DNA of 64,000 nucleotides from assembly GCA_965240325.2 (NCBI GenBank), contig OZ251251.1:186001-250000 (forward strand). Direction: 5' to 3'. How positions within the stretch are numbered: position 1 is the first letter of the stretch; every line of letters begins with the position of its first letter. Shown here one piece after another: positions 22,710-36,163 of this stretch. The notes under the pieces are model-generated. The model saw nothing but the letters and a program-made list of their open reading frames with translations, was not told where the DNA came from and did not search any database. This DNA is from Rebecca billardiae RCC1528. Lineage: Eukaryota > Protista > Haptophyta. The position numbers and the translations under genes were made by a program.

Positions 22710-23694
22710 ACGACGCGTGTTATGCAACGGGCAGGCGTCACGGAGTCAGCAAGCTGTAGCGGCAGATCGAGCAGCAGAGACAAACACCAGGATTGACCAG
22801 TTGCACGCGTGAGCGCCGAAAAAACGACACTTTGGCAGTGATAGTCATCACCGTCGCCGCATCGTGGGCATGCCGCTGCCGCCGGCGGCGGCGGCAGCGG
22901 GAGCGTGGCAGCAGATCTACCACCTTCCGCGTTACGCGCTGCGTCGTGCGCGCCAGGTGGCAGGTTTCCCAGGTCCGCCGCGCGGAAGGCAGCGTGAGCG
23001 GTCGGCGAGCGCACGGAGGTGAGAAGTAAGCGCGCATCGTGAGAGCTTCAGCAGCTTGCCCACGCGCTTCACGAAGGCGGTGCGGTTGCGTGCGCACGCC
23101 TTCTGTACCCGTACACGCGATCAAAGCGTGAGCCACTCCCTAGGTCTTGCCTGCGCATCGCGGGCCGCGCCTCGTCTCCTGAATCCTCGTTCACGAGGAC
23201 AGCACGTGTATCCGTGTACGCGCTCGCGGCCGATGGCGGCTCCCCGCGTCGAGAGCCGTTTGGCTGGAGCCGCATCCAAGGGCATATATCGTCACGGCCC
23301 CACCCGATGCTGACGCTGAGGTGGCGTGCTTGCCGAAGGTAGCCGCATTGGCTGATCTCTCTGCCTTTGGGCAACCCTTTGCAACCGCGCCGGCTCACGC
23401 TGCCAGCGCGCGCGCGGCGTGGCTTCGTGGTGGACACCTGCCCTGGGTTTTGTCGTTCGTTCTCAGCGACGGTTGGGTCGATTGACATGCGGATTGGATT
23501 GGTGCATTGCGAATCGGCTTCGCAATGCACCATTGCGCTCGGATCGGCGCGGACGTCAGCCATGCGGCAGCGCGAGCGACAAAACCGCGAGATTTCATAC
23601 GCTTGTCGTTTTTTCATACGCTCACGGTTACTCACCCGTGCAACGGGTCATCAGCGCTCCTCGCCGTCGTCCGGCCCCCCCCGTAGGCCCGCCA
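22710..23694 (-). mobile_element. Probable fragment of a related element (lower-GC segment ending in the same terminal motif)
   Basis: Ends in CCGTAGGCCCGCCATATAT (~23681-23699), resembling copy A end TACGGCCCGCCATATAT; sits between copies A and B; no recognisable protein. Confidence 0.35.
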
Positions 23695-23777
23695 TATATA
23701 TGATGAATATAAGCAGGGAAGAAATAATATAAGCGCACGCGCAGTGCGAACTAACTACTAAGCAGATCGAAAAAAAA

Positions 23778-24756
23778 CTGTGCCCTGGCGGGCGGGGCCG
23801 GGTCGGCGGGCCGTGCCAGTGCTGTCGCAATGTTTCGCATTCCTCTGCGGGTTGGCGTCTTTCCATCACAGCATTCGCTCGTGGCCGTGGGTGACGGACA
23901 GGCTTCGGATCAGTGACGTACACGTGTGAAGTTGGCTCCCACTCAGTACTCACGTCACACGTACGTACACGATTAATAATCGGGCGTGCGCATCTTATAT
24001 TAAATAATTGTAGTCAGCGAGGCCCACACCCACGAGGGAATGTGCAGCACGCGCTGCGGGGCGGGTAGCCCGATGCTCCGCGCGAGCGCAGGTACGCACT
24101 GTATGTGCCGCATCTCGACCGCGATGGCGTAATCGAGCGCCTCGCCGCCGACGAAGCCGCCAGAGTAGATCATGTGCATGTCCTCCTGCCGCCAGCCGAG
24201 AGCGGTCGTCGCGAGGACGCTTGCCGATGTCCGCTCCGGGCATGATGGGCTCGGCGCAGGTCGCGTTGGCATCGTACACGGCCGGCACGCTGAGCACGAG
24301 CGCGTTGACGTTCACGCGGTCGTCGCTCTTCGCCTCTTCGACAGGTCTGGCGCCCGCGTGTTTGGCGGCACGAGGAGCTGTTGGTTGTGCGCGCGCGCGC
24401 GCACAGCGACAGCGTGTGCCACTCGCGATCGAGAGTGGGCACGAGCTGCTCATGCGGGCACACGAATCGCAGCGCGTCCGTCACCGGCGTGACGACTTCC
24501 GCCTCGTCCCGCAGCGCCTGCGCCATGGACGAGGATGGCGCGGCGATGTTGCATGCTCGACGTTTCATCTCTCTGCGGATGGCATGTCGGGCTTGTCTGT
24601 GTCGCGCTGCGGCGAGGGTCGCCAACTCGCGATGACGCGGTTGCTGCCACGGAGACAGACCCGGGAGGCGCATGCGCTGCGCGTCGTACGCCGTTGGCGC
24701 TGCGCTTCCGTCGCATTGGTCACCGTCGACGCCATGCAGGCCGGACGTGGCTTCAC
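23778..24756 (-). mobile_element. Dispersed element, copy B (truncated on the right)
   Basis: Same left end (A-run + CTGTGCCCTGGCGGGC) and internal sequence; similarity stops near GGACGTGGCTTCA at ~24756. Confidence 0.75.
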
Positions 24757-25246
24757 TCGGGCTGAGGGACGGACCGGAGCGACTGTTCGGTTTGGTACGG
24801 TCCGGTCCGGCTGCAGAAATTTATGCATAAGGTATGGCGCACCCGCATCGAACCTCCTTCGGCCTTTTTTGCCATTGGCAGCTCAGTTCCATAGCACAGG
24901 AAAGAGTGGGTCGACCCACAAATCGACGAAAAAAAACCCACCGCCACTGACCTTATACTCAGCGAATACACTAGAGACATGCCGTTGATTGCATGAGGTA
25001 GACGCGGAATAACCGAATAAGTAATCTGCGCGCTGTCCAGGGTGCGGAGGAGATGCTCTGTGTTGATGAGAAGCTTGGGGGGATCCGAGCAAATCTTTTG
25101 ACGGATTCCCGGCGGGAGGGCGTTTCTGATTGGCCAGCGTGCCGCCGATGCGCGCCAAGATTCCCACAGACGGCCCCGGCCCAACACGCAGTGAAAGGCT
25201 TCGCCGACCGCTTCCCGCACCGCCGCCGCGCCACACCACCCACGCC

Positions 25247-25495
25247 ATGGATCTCGGCTCATTCGACATCTCGGTGGGCGAGACCCCCGCGACCCCCTTC
25301 GACGCCTTCTGCCCACCACCGCCGCGCCGCTCCTCCTCCTCCGACTCGGAGCCCACCGGCACGCGCCTCTCGTCCTCGTCCGAGGACGGCTCGCTCTCCG
25401 ACCTGTACACCGGCGCGGAGCCGCGGCCACAGCGCGCGGAGGGCGGCTCGGCGCGGGCGTACGTGCGGGCGAGCGCAGTCATGCGCGCGGCGTAA
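25247..25495 (+). CDS. Small hypothetical Ser/Pro-rich protein (82 aa)
   Basis: gccATGg context and C/G-ending codons like neighbouring genes (MDLGSFDISVGETPATPFDAFCPPPP...); no family recognised. Confidence 0.4.
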   Translation: MDLGSFDISVGETPATPFDAFCPPPPRRSSSSDSEPTGTRLSSSSEDGSLSDLYTGAEPRPQRAEGGSARAYVRASAVMRAA

Positions 25496-26208
25496 CGCGG
25501 CCACGCCTCGCACGCCGCTCGCACGACACGCTCGCACGCCGCTGCAGCGGCCTCGACGGCGGTCGGCGGCGCGCTCGGTCTGCCCCGCGGACTGGCCGCC
25601 GCTCCCGCCCCATCGTTTCCGGTCCGTGTGCCGACGGCATCGTCTGCTCGTCCTGCTCGCGCTGACCAGCCCCGACGCCTTTGCACGTTGTTTCCGCCAC
25701 CGCGCGCCCGACTCCCTCCGCCGCCGCCTCGAAGTGTTCGACGCGGCGCCGCTGCCGGGCTCGGACTGCGCGGGCCCGCGCGCACTGCGCCCTGGCCGCC
25801 CCGGCCAGGCACAGACTGACTTTCCTGATGCCGTTCAGAGCATCTCTTGTACAGATTAAGTCGCCACGCATCATGATGAGCATCATTGCCTACTTGGAAG
25901 TTAGAAGCGGTCATGTGCAGCTCAGGCTGATGAACAGTCGGACCCGCGACGCTGCGGAGTGCAGAGTCGTAGAGTCCGTCACTCACCGAGTCACCGCAGC
26001 ACTCAGCAGTCCTGCCCACGGAAGCACTCCGGAAGATCTAAGATCTTCAGAGCTTGCCCCCGCCCGGCCGCGGCCGCCCGCCGCAAGCTTGCCCATCAAC
26101 CCCGGCCGCCCTTCCAGAGTGCCGGCGCGTGCGTGCGCGATCGGCCTTTTATTCGCGCTCGCCGTCCTCGTCCTCGCGCGCGCGTCCGCGCAGCGACCAG
26201 CCCGCGCC

Positions 26209-27499
26209 ATGGCCTCGAGCGTCGCCCGCTGGCTCTGCGGCGAGGATGACGCCGTCCCGGACCCAGCCAACCCCCCCGACCCGCCGCCGCCGCCGCCGCC
26301 GTACGACGCCGCGCCGCCGTACGCCTTAGCCTCGCTCGCGACCGCGCGCTTCACCGTGAACGGCGCGCGGCGCGAGGTGCCGGCGGCGCTCGCGGCGGAG
26401 ATCACGCTGGGCGAGTACCTGCGCGAGCACGAGCTGCTCACGGGCACCAAGCTCAGCTGCCGCGAGGGCGGCTGCGGCGCGTGCACCGTGCTCGTGCGCG
26501 CAGAGCGGCCGCCCGACGCCGCCGACCCGCCGCCGCCGCCGCGGCCCATCAACGCGTGCTTGCGCCTGCTCGCGGCGTGCGACGGGCTGGAGATCACGAC
26601 GGTGGAGGGCCTCGGCAGCCTCGCCGCGCCGCACGCCGTGCAGCGCACCCTCGCCCACGCCGACGCCAGCCAGTGCGGCTTCTGCTCGCCTGGGATGGTC
26701 ACGGCGCTCGCCGCCGGCCTGGACTCCCTGGGGGGCCTCGGCGGCTCTCCCGGACCGGACGGCGAGGCCCCCGGACCGGACGGCGGCGGCGGCGCCGGCT
26801 CGGGCGGCGCCGCGCGCGAGGCCGCGCTGCTCCACCTCGAGGAGGCGCTCCACGGCAACATCTGCCGCTGCACCGGCTACCGGCGAATCCTGGACGCGGC
26901 GGCGGCGCTGCTCGATATTGAGGAGCTGGCGCCCAAATGTCCGGGAGGGAAGAGTCCGGGGGGCGCGAGTCCGGGGCGGAAGAGTCCGGGGGGCGCGAGG
27001 TCGGGGGAGGAGAGGCCGGCGGCCGACGCGGCGGCGGGCTGCCACGCGCACGGGCGCTGCGGCGGCGAGCGCTGCGGCGCGGCGGCGGAGGCGGGCGGCG
27101 GCGCGGCGGGCGGCGGGTGCGCGCGCGCGCACGGCGGCGGGTGCGGCGGCGCGCGCGCGGGCGGGTGCGGCGTCGCCTCGCCGCCGCCAGTCCCGCTCGC
27201 GCCGTCGGCGTGCGCTGGCGCGGGCGTGGGCTACTACGCGCCGCGCACGCTCGCGGCCGCGCTCGCCGCGGCCGCGCTGCCGTCCGCGCAACTGCTGTGC
27301 GCAAACACCGGCCGCGCGGGCGTGGCCAAGTACTACGGTGGCGATGGCGTGACAATGGCGGCGGTGGCGGCGGCGGACGAGCCCGGCGATGAGAAGGCGG
27401 AGGAGACGAAGGCGGCGGCGGCGGCGGCGGCGGCGGCGGAGGCGGCGGCGGAGGACAAGCAACCGCGCACGCGCGGCGCGGCGGCAGGTGACAGCACCC

Positions 27500-27539
<40 letters not shown>

Positions 27540-29059
27540 GCGCCGCCGCCCCGCGCCGCCGCCGGATGGCGACGAGATCTTGGCGACGCACGGCGCGGCG
27601 CCGCCCGCCCGCGGCGTCGCGCTCGGCGGTGGCGGCGGCTGCGGCGGCGGCGGCGGCGCGCGCGGCCCTCTGGTCGACGTGTCTCGCGTGGCCGAGCTGC
27701 GCGTGCTCAGCGGCGGCGGCGCGGCGGACGGAGGGTCGACGGCTGTGGTGGTCGGGGCGGCGGTTACACTGGCTGAGCTATTGGCGCACGCGCGCGCGCT
27801 CGCGAAGGGCGGCGGTGCCGCCGCCGTCGCCGCCGCCGCCTCCAACGCCGCCGCCGCCGCCGCCGCCGGCACCGCCGCTCAGACGGAGGGCGGCGGTGTC
27901 GGCGGCGGCGGCGGCGGCGGCGGCACCGTCGAGTCAGCGCACCGCTGGGCGGCGGTCGCGGCGCACCTGACCCGTGTCGCCGGCCCAGCCGTGCGCGCCG
28001 TTGCGTCCGTCGGCGGAGCGGTCGCGCTCGCGTGTCGTTACATTTCGTTCCCCTCCGACGTCTGTCTGTTACTCGCGGCGCTGGGGGCGCGCGTGCAGCT
28101 GGCGGCGGTGGGCGGCGGCCCGCCCGGCGGCGGGGGCGGCGGCGGTGCGCCGCCCCCGCCGGTTTCGTCAGCTTCGTCACAACCGTCGGGCGGCGTGTGC
28201 CTCGGCGCTCTGCTCGCCGCGTCCGCCGCGCTCGGCGACGGCGGCGGCGATGGCGGCGGCGGCGGCGGCGCTGAGGCGGCGGCGGCGGCGGCCACTGGCG
28301 CGCACGCTGCCGCCAGTGGCGGCAGTGGCGGCGGTGGCGGCGGCGACGACGACGACGCGGCCCACTGGGCCAGGGCACTGCGCGCAGGCAGCGCTCTGAT
28401 CGTGTCGATCACAGTGCCGCCGCCGCCGCACGGGGCGCGCGCGGGCGCGCCGCGCGGCGGCGCCGCGGCCGCGGCCGGCGCGGCTGGCGGCGGCGGTGCG
28501 CGCTCACACGCCGCCCGCGCGGAGGCGGGGCCCGTGGCCGCGGCGGACGCCGCCGCTGACGACGACGAGCCGCCGATCGAGCTCTTCGCCACGCAGAAGA
28601 TTGCGCTGCGCACGCGCAACGCTCACGCGCTGCTGAGCGCAGCGGTGGCGCTCACGGTGGCGCGGCGCGGCGCGCGGACGCGCGCGCCCGGCGGCGGCGA
28701 TGGCGGCGGGCGCGGCGCGGAGGGCGGCGAGGCGGCGCGATCCGCCGCCGCTGCCGACGCGACCGACGCCGACGACGCCGACGCCGACGCGCCGCACTGG
28801 GCCATCGTGCACGCGCGCGCGTGGTTCGGCGGCGCGGGCGCGCGCGGCGGGCTCGCGCGCGCGGCCGGCGCCGAGCGCGCGCTCACGGGCGCAACACTCG
28901 GCGAGGACGCGCCGCTGCGCGCGGCGCTCGGCGCGCTCGGCACGGTGCGCGCGGGCGCGAGCGCGCTGTGCGCCGCGCACGCGCCGGCGCTCCTGTACAA
29001 GTGCCTGCTGCGCTGCGCGGCGGCGCTTGACGATGCGGCGGCGGCGGCGCGCGGCGCGG

Positions 29060-29092
<33 letters not shown>

Positions 29093-29441
29093 TGCTGCCG
29101 CCGCAGCTGCGCGCGGCCGCGGGCGTGTACGCGCGCGGCGCGGCGCGCGGCAGCGCATACATCCGCGGCGCGGAGGACCCCGCAAAGTTCCCCGTCTCCG
29201 CGCCGCAGCACAAGCTGGGCGCGCTCGCGCAGTGCACGGGCCGCGCCGCCTACACCGACGACCCGCCGCGCCGCGCGGGCGAATGTCACGCGGCCCTGGC
29301 GCTGGCGGCGCGTGTGGGTGTGCTGCGCGCACTCGAGGGCGCGGCGGCGGCGCGTGCTGCGCCCGGGGTCGTGGCTGTGGTGACGGCGGCGGAGCTGGCG
29401 GGCCTCGGCGTGCGCAACGCGCTGGGCGGCGACGACGACGA

Positions 29442-29473
<32 letters not shown>

Positions 29474-31296
29474 AGGGCGACAAGCCGCCGGGCGAGCTGC
29501 TGCTGCAGCCGCTCGGCTCGCGCGTGCCGCACGCGGGCGCGCGCCTCGCCATCGTCGTCGCGAGCTCGCGTGCGCGCGCGCAGGCGGCCGCGGCGCTGCT
29601 GCGCGCCATCATCGACGACGACGGCGGCGGCGGCGACGACGACGGCGGCGCGGGCGGCGACGCGGACGGCGGCGCGGGCGGCGGCGGCGGTGGCGTGGCG
29701 CCGCCGCCGCCGCCGCGCGGGGCGGCGCGGCGCCCGATCCTCACGCTCGACGACGCCGTCGCCGCGCGCTCCTTCTGGCCAGGCACCGAGGCGTCGCTCT
29801 CAGTCGGCGACGCGGCCGCCGCGCTCGCGGCCGCCGCCACCGTCGTCCGCGGCACCGCGCGCGTCGGCGGCCAGTTTCATAATTACATGGAGCTGCAGAC
29901 TGCGCGCGCGACGTGCGCGGAGGGCGAGGCGGCGCGTGGCGGGGCCGTGCGCGTGGCGTGCTCCACGCAGGCGCCCGCGCTCGTCGCGAGCCACGTCGCC
30001 GCGTGCCTCCGAGTCCGGGAGTCCGCAGTCCGGGTGAGCGTCGAGCGCGCGGGCGGCGCCTACGGCGGCAAGGCGGGGCGCTCCGTGCCCGTCGCGGTGG
30101 CGGCGGCGGTGGCGTCGCGAGCGGCGGGCGGCAGGCCGGTGTCGCTCGCGCTGCCGATGGCGGCGAACATGCGCATGCTCGGCGCGCGCCGGCCGTACCG
30201 CTTCGACTACGCCGCCGGCGCGGACGCTTCCGGGAAACTTCTCGCCGTGACCGGCCGCGTGTACGTGCTGCAGGGCGGAGATTGCGATCTCGGCGCGCCG
30301 CCCGACGGGCTCGGCGTGCGCTTCGCGATCGACGGCGCGTGCCGCGTGCGCGCGTGGGCGCTCAGCGGCGTGTGCTGCCGCGCCGAGCTGCCGGGCAACA
30401 CGTGGTGCCGCGGGCCCACCTTCCTGCCCGGACAGCTGCTGCTCGCCGCAGTCCTGGACCACGTCGCCGCGGCGTCCGGAATTCCGGGGGTTTTGCTCGC
30501 GCGACGAAACTTGTACCGGACTGGCGACCAGACGCTGTACGGGCAGCGGCTGCCGCGCTGCACGCTCGAGCGCTGCGTCGCCGAGGCGCTGCAGCGCGCG
30601 GCGTACCCAAGGCTCGCCGCCGCCGTCGCCGCGCGCAACGCCGCCTCGCGCTTTGTCAAGGAGGGCATCGCGCTCGCGCCGTTTAAATACGGAATGGGCA
30701 GCGGCGCCGGGTACCGCGCGCTCGTGAGCGTGCTGCCGGACGGCTCGGTCCGGGTGGAGCAGTCCGGGTGCGAGGTGGGGCAGGGGCTGCGCGTGAAGCA
30801 GGCGCAGGCCGCCGCGCGCGCGCTCGGGCTGCCCACCACAGACGCCGTCACCGTCGCGCCCGCCACTTCTTCCCTGTCGAACCTTCCGACCGGCGGCTCC
30901 ACAACTTCGGAGGCGAACGCGGCTTCGGTTACGCTCGCGGCGCAGGCGGTGCGAAAGCGCATGGCGCCGGTGGAGGCGGAGCTCGCCGCGGCGGCCGGCG
31001 GCGCGCCGCCGGCGTGGCGCGCCCTCGCCGCCGCGTGCGCCGCGCGCGGCGTCGACCTCTGCGCGTACGCCGTCTATGACGAAACTGACGAAACTCAGCC
31101 CGGCGTGCTGCCCGGCCCGCCGCCCGCGGACGCGGCGGACGGCGCGGGGCCGTTTCGTTACCACGCGTACGGCTGCGCGCTCGCGCACGTGCGGTATGAC
31201 GCGCTCGCGGCGGAGGTGCGCGCGCGCGCTGGCCGCGCCGCCGCGCGCGCTGCGCCGCCGCGCCGCGCGCCGCCGCCCCAGCGGCCGCGTGGCTGA

Positions 31297-31343
<47 letters not shown>

Positions 31344-32313
31344 AGGTGCGCGTGCTCCGCGCGACGCTCGTGACGGACCAGGGCGTCTCGCTCAACCCGG
31401 CCATCGACGCTGGCCAGGTGCGCGCCGCCTCGGCCCAAACCCTAACCCTAACCCCAACCCTACACCCTCACCCCAGCCGCCGCCGCGGCCGCGTCGCGCC
31501 GCGCTCGGCCGCGAGCGAGCGCGCGCGCGGCGCGCGCGCGGCAGCGGCGCGCCGCGGCGCGCGCTCACGCGCGCGCGCGCGCGCGCGTGGGCGGGCGGGT
31601 CACGCGCGGGTCTCGCGCAGGTGCACGGCGCGTTCGTGATGGGCCTGGGCTATGTCCTCAGCGAGAGCCTCGAGCGCGCGCCGGTGACGGGCGCGGTGCG
31701 CGCAGCCCGCGGCCGCGCGGTACCGACCGCGCGGGCGGCGCCGGCGCGCGGCGCGCGGCGCGCAGTGCGCGGCGCGCGCGAGCGGTGGCGCGCGCCCGCG
31801 CGGCCGGTCTGCGCGCGCGCGCGCTCAGCACCCGCCGCGCCCTCCCCGCCGCGCGCTGCGCGCCCGCTCCGGCCCGGTCCGGTCCGGTCCGGTCCGGTGC
31901 GGTCCGGTCCGGTCCGGTCCGGTCCGGTCCGGTGCGGTCCGGTGCGGTCCGGTGCCCGCCACCCGCAGCTGCTGAGCGTCGGCAGCTGGGAGTACAAGCC
32001 GCCGGCGGTCGACGACATCCCGGAGGAGTTCGACATCGCGTTCCTGTCGCACTGCCCCAACCCGGCGGGGATCCTGGGCAGCAAGGCGGTGGGCGAACCC
32101 GCCATCCTCTCCGCGTCGGCGGTGCTGAGCGCCGTGCGCGCCGCGGTGGGCGCCGTCCGCGACGACGAGGCGGCGGCGCGCGGCGGCGGCGGCCGCGCGC
32201 CGTACGCGCAGCTCGACGCGCCCGCGACGCCGGCCGCGCTCGTCGCGGCGTGCGCGCTCGACGAGTCGGCCTTCTCGTTCCGGGCGGCGCCGCCGGGCGC
32301 GGCGCGGCGCTGA
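26209..32313 (+). CDS. Xanthine dehydrogenase/aldehyde oxidase family molybdo-flavoenzyme (aldehyde-oxidase-like), 4 exons
   Basis: Exons 26209-31215, 31346-31417, 31621-31695, 31969-32313. 2Fe-2S motifs GTKLSCREGGCGACTV, QCGFCSPG, GNICRCTGYR; Moco motifs GGQFHNYME, GGAYGGK, EVGQGL, TGGSTTS, SLNPAIDAGQVHGAFVMGLG, YKPP, SKAVGEP. Confidence 0.93.
31868..31953 (+). repeat. (CCGGT)n pentanucleotide microsatellite in intron
   Basis: About 16 CCGGT/GCGGT units in the last intron of the oxidase gene. Confidence 0.9.
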
Positions 32314-33116
32314 CGCCAACGAGTACCGACTTGGGCCGTTGACGGCATGTGCATGGCATCTGCCCTTATTGCTCCTGCCGCGCACCATCCCTTACAGCTG
32401 CATTCTCCGGAGGAGCACGCATGCCAAGCTGTCGCAAGCATTACACCACTGAGACAGGCCATTGCTGCTCAATTTGAAATACCTAGTTGCGCGCGGAATA
32501 CTCACAATACCGGACCGCATGCGGCCGCTGCCGTTCTTCCTGCCGCCGCGAAGTGGCCCCACTAATGAAAGGTGCGATGCGACGCTACCGTGGAGATGGT
32601 GAAGCGTTGAGAGAGCGGCATCATCTCGCACAAACGCTTGGTGGCTTCAGTCAGTACTCGCTCACCGAGCACAACCTCGTGCCAGCCGCGCGTTCGGCGC
32701 AAGCGACGAGCCGCACTCAGCTCGGGCCCCGGGTGTGCCAACAAGCCGCACAGCGGTGCACGCGTACTGCATCACACGCAGGCAACACGGTCATTCAAGC
32801 GCACTGATGGGACGTCCATAGCCCATATCATCCCGTAGGCATGTCCCAGCCGGTGCTGACGCGCATATTGCCACGCACACGGCGGGCAAGTGGCCGCCCG
32901 AGCGCACGGGGGCACGGCTGCCATCGCGCCCCGCCCGCGCGGCCCCAGCGGACCAACTTCTTGTGTTTCGTCACCTCCCGGACTTTCCGCCCTGAACTAT
33001 CTTGCAACAGCCGGGCGGTTCGCCGCCACCGGTGGCTTCGTCAGCGGCTCTCTCAGTTGCTCGTCGCTCGCCAGTCGCGCGCGGGCCGTCGGAAACTCAG
33101 CGCCGGGCGGTCGGCC

Positions 33117-34610
33117 ATGCTGGGGCCGGCGGCGAAGGCGGCGCCCCGCGCCGCGCGGCGCTGGGCGCCGGGCGCGAGCGCGACGCTCGCGCTCGGCTGC
33201 GCGCTGCTCACGGCGCACGCGCTCCTCCTCTGCCGCCGCGTCCGGCTCGACGCCGCCGAGCGCGCCGCCGCCGCGCCGGGCGGCTGCGCGCACCTCCCAT
33301 CCCACCCTGTGGCCTACGTGACGGACGCGCCGCCGGGCGCGCGGTACCGGCTGCTGCGGCTGGAGGAGGGCGGCTCGGCGTCGCGCCAGCCGCAGCGCGC
33401 GCTCGGCGCCGCCGCCGTCCTGTTCGTCCCCGGCCACCGCGGCGACTGGACGCACGCGCGCGCGCTGCCGGCCGCGTATGCACAGCTCCGGGCGGCCGCC
33501 GCCGCGGCCGGCGGCGGCGGCGGCGGCGCGGCGGCGGTGCCGCCGCTCTCCTTCTACGCGCTCGACTTTGCCGCCACCGAGTCCGCCTTCCACGGCGCCA
33601 TCGCGGAGGAGCAGGTGTGCGCGCGCGCCCGCGGCCGCGGCCACGACCGCGGCCGCGGCGGCCGACGACACCGCAACCCGCGGCGGCGGCGGCGAGTGTG
33701 GCCGCCTGGGGCTAGGGTTGGGGCTAGGGTTGGGGTGCGCCCCCCGGCCGGTGCCAGCGCGAGGGGCTCGGCACCGGCGCACGGCTGCGGCGGGCGGCCG
33801 AGCGCGCTGAACCCGCCGCCCGTCCACTCGGCCCGCCGCCCAACCCTAACCCTAACCCTAACCCTAACCCTCCCCCGCGCGGCGCGGCTGCAGGCGCGCG
33901 CTGTGTCGCACGCCCTCGAGCGGCTGCTGGCGCGCCACCAGTCGCAGCTCGTGCGCGCGCAGGCGGCGGCGGAGGCGGCGGCGGAGGCGCAGGCGCGGGC
34001 CAACGCCACGGGCGGCGGCGGCGGCGGCGGCGGCGCGGAGCGCGGCGGCGGCAGGGACGGCGGCCGCGTCGGCCCCGCCGCCGTGCCACCGGCGCCGCCG
34101 CCGCGCGCCGTCGCGCCGCTCTGTGTCTTCGTCGTCGGCCAAGGCATGGGCGGCGCGGTCGCGCTGCGCGCGCTGGCACACACCGCGCCGCCGCCCGGGC
34201 TGTTCGCTAGCGCGGCGCCGCCGGCGCGCTCGCGCCGGCCTCGGCCGGACGGCGGCGGCGGCGGCTCGCGGCGCGGCGCCGAGCTCGGCGCGCCGGCTCT
34301 TGCGGGTGCCGCGCCGCCCTGGGGCAATGCCACCGCGCACGGCGACGCACTGCGCCGCGCCGCCGCCGCGCCGCCGCCGCGCCGCCGCGCGCGCCGCGCG
34401 CCGCCGCCGCGCCGCCGCCGGCTCCTGCTGCGCCTCATCACGGTCGACGCGCCGCTCACAGCGCACCCGCTCGGCGGCGGCGGGCGCGCGCTGGGTAACT
34501 TTTACGAGAGCGCGCGGCAGGCGCTGGCGAGGCTGCAGCGCGCGCCGAGCGCCGCGGCGCGCGCCAGCGCCGCCCGGGCCGGCGGCTGGGCAGCCGGCGG
34601 CCGGCCGGCC

Positions 34611-34641
<31 letters not shown>

Positions 34642-34976
34642 GGACAGCGGCGGGCGCGGACGACGACGACGACGGCGGCGCTGACGATGACGCCGCCGCC
34701 GCCGACGACGACGACGACGACGCCGACGACGACGAGGCGGAGCGCGGCTTCGACGGATCGGCGGGCGCGTGGGCGGCGTGGGCGGCGCGCGCGCTCGACC
34801 GCGCGGCGGACGCGGCCGCGGCGCGCGCATGGGCCACTCTCGCCGGCGGCGGCGGCGAGGGCGGCGGCGGCGGCGGCGAGGGCGTGCGGGCGCGCGGCGA
34901 CGCGCCGGGTGGCGGCGGCGTTACGGACGGCGGCGCGCTCGCCGCCGCCGCCGCCGCGGCCTCGTCGGGCGACGAC

Positions 34977-35007
<31 letters not shown>

Positions 35008-36132
35008 AGTTGGAGGCGGCGGCGGAGCAGAGCGAAGCTGCGAGCGCCGCCGCCGCGGTCGAGTGGCTCTGGGCGACGCACACCTGGCTCGGCACCGCCT
35101 CCGTCTCACTCGCCGCCATCTCGACCGGTTGGGCGGACGAGGTGGCGGCGGTCGCGCCGGCGGCGCGGAGCGGCGGCGGCGGCGGGGTTGGCAGCGGCGG
35201 CGGCGGCGGTGGTGCCGACGGCGCGCCGCGCGCGCGCGCCGCCGACGCCGCCCACGCCGAGGCTGGCGGCGGCTGGTGGGCGCGCGGCGGCGTGCTCGGC
35301 GGCGGCACGCGCGCGCCGCCGCCACTTGCCCTCGGCGCCGGCGCCGGCCGCGCGTGCGCGTGCGGCCGGCGCGGCGGCGCGGGCCGAGCGTGCCACGGCA
35401 GTGCCGGCCTGCAGCTGTGGCCAACCGCCGCCGAGATTGCAATCTCGCCCGCCGCCGCCGACGCCGGCGGCAGCGGCGCTGACGACGACGACGGGGGCGG
35501 CGGCGGCGGCCGCCGCCGCCGCGCCGCGCTCGGCCCCGCCGCGGCGCGGCTCTGCGGCCGCGCAGAGTTTGCGCAGCTCGCGCCCACGCACGGGCTCGCG
35601 CCGGCCGCGCCGCTGCGGTGCGCCGCTCTGGCGCTCGAGATCGTATCTCACGCGGCCCAGATTGTATCTCACGCGGGCGCGGCGGCGCAGGCGGCGGCGA
35701 GCGCGGCGGCGGCGGGGTCGGAGGAGGGAGCGGAGCCGTCCGCCGCCGAGATTGCAATCTCGCCCGCCGCCGCGTGCGCCGACGGCTGCGCAGGCTCTCT
35801 CGCCGCGCAGCTCGCCGCAGGACGCTGGCTCGGCGGCGGCGGCGGCGGCAGCGGCGGCGGCGCGGGCGCGAGCGCGCGCGCGCGCACCGCGCTCGCTCGC
35901 GCCGCCGCGGCGCTCGGCGGCGGCGGCGGCGACGGCGCGGGCTCGGTGCACGCCACGCCTTACGGCGCCGTGCTCGGCGCGCAGTACGACCACCACGCTG
36001 GCCCCAACCCCAACCCCAACCCTAACCCTAACCCTAACAACGCGCCCGGCCAGCCCGCCGCTGCTGCCGCGGCGACAGGCGGCGGCGCGGCGCGCGCCGC
36101 GGTCCGCGGCCAGCCCGTGCCGGGCGGCGGTG

Positions 36133-36163
<31 letters not shown>

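Noticed and set aside
25681-26208. N-terminal extensions of long ORFs (also 32841, 51441, 54074, 57347, 62216)
   Set aside because: They mostly begin at non-ATG codons or cross UTRs/neighbouring genes; downstream ATGs match domain starts.
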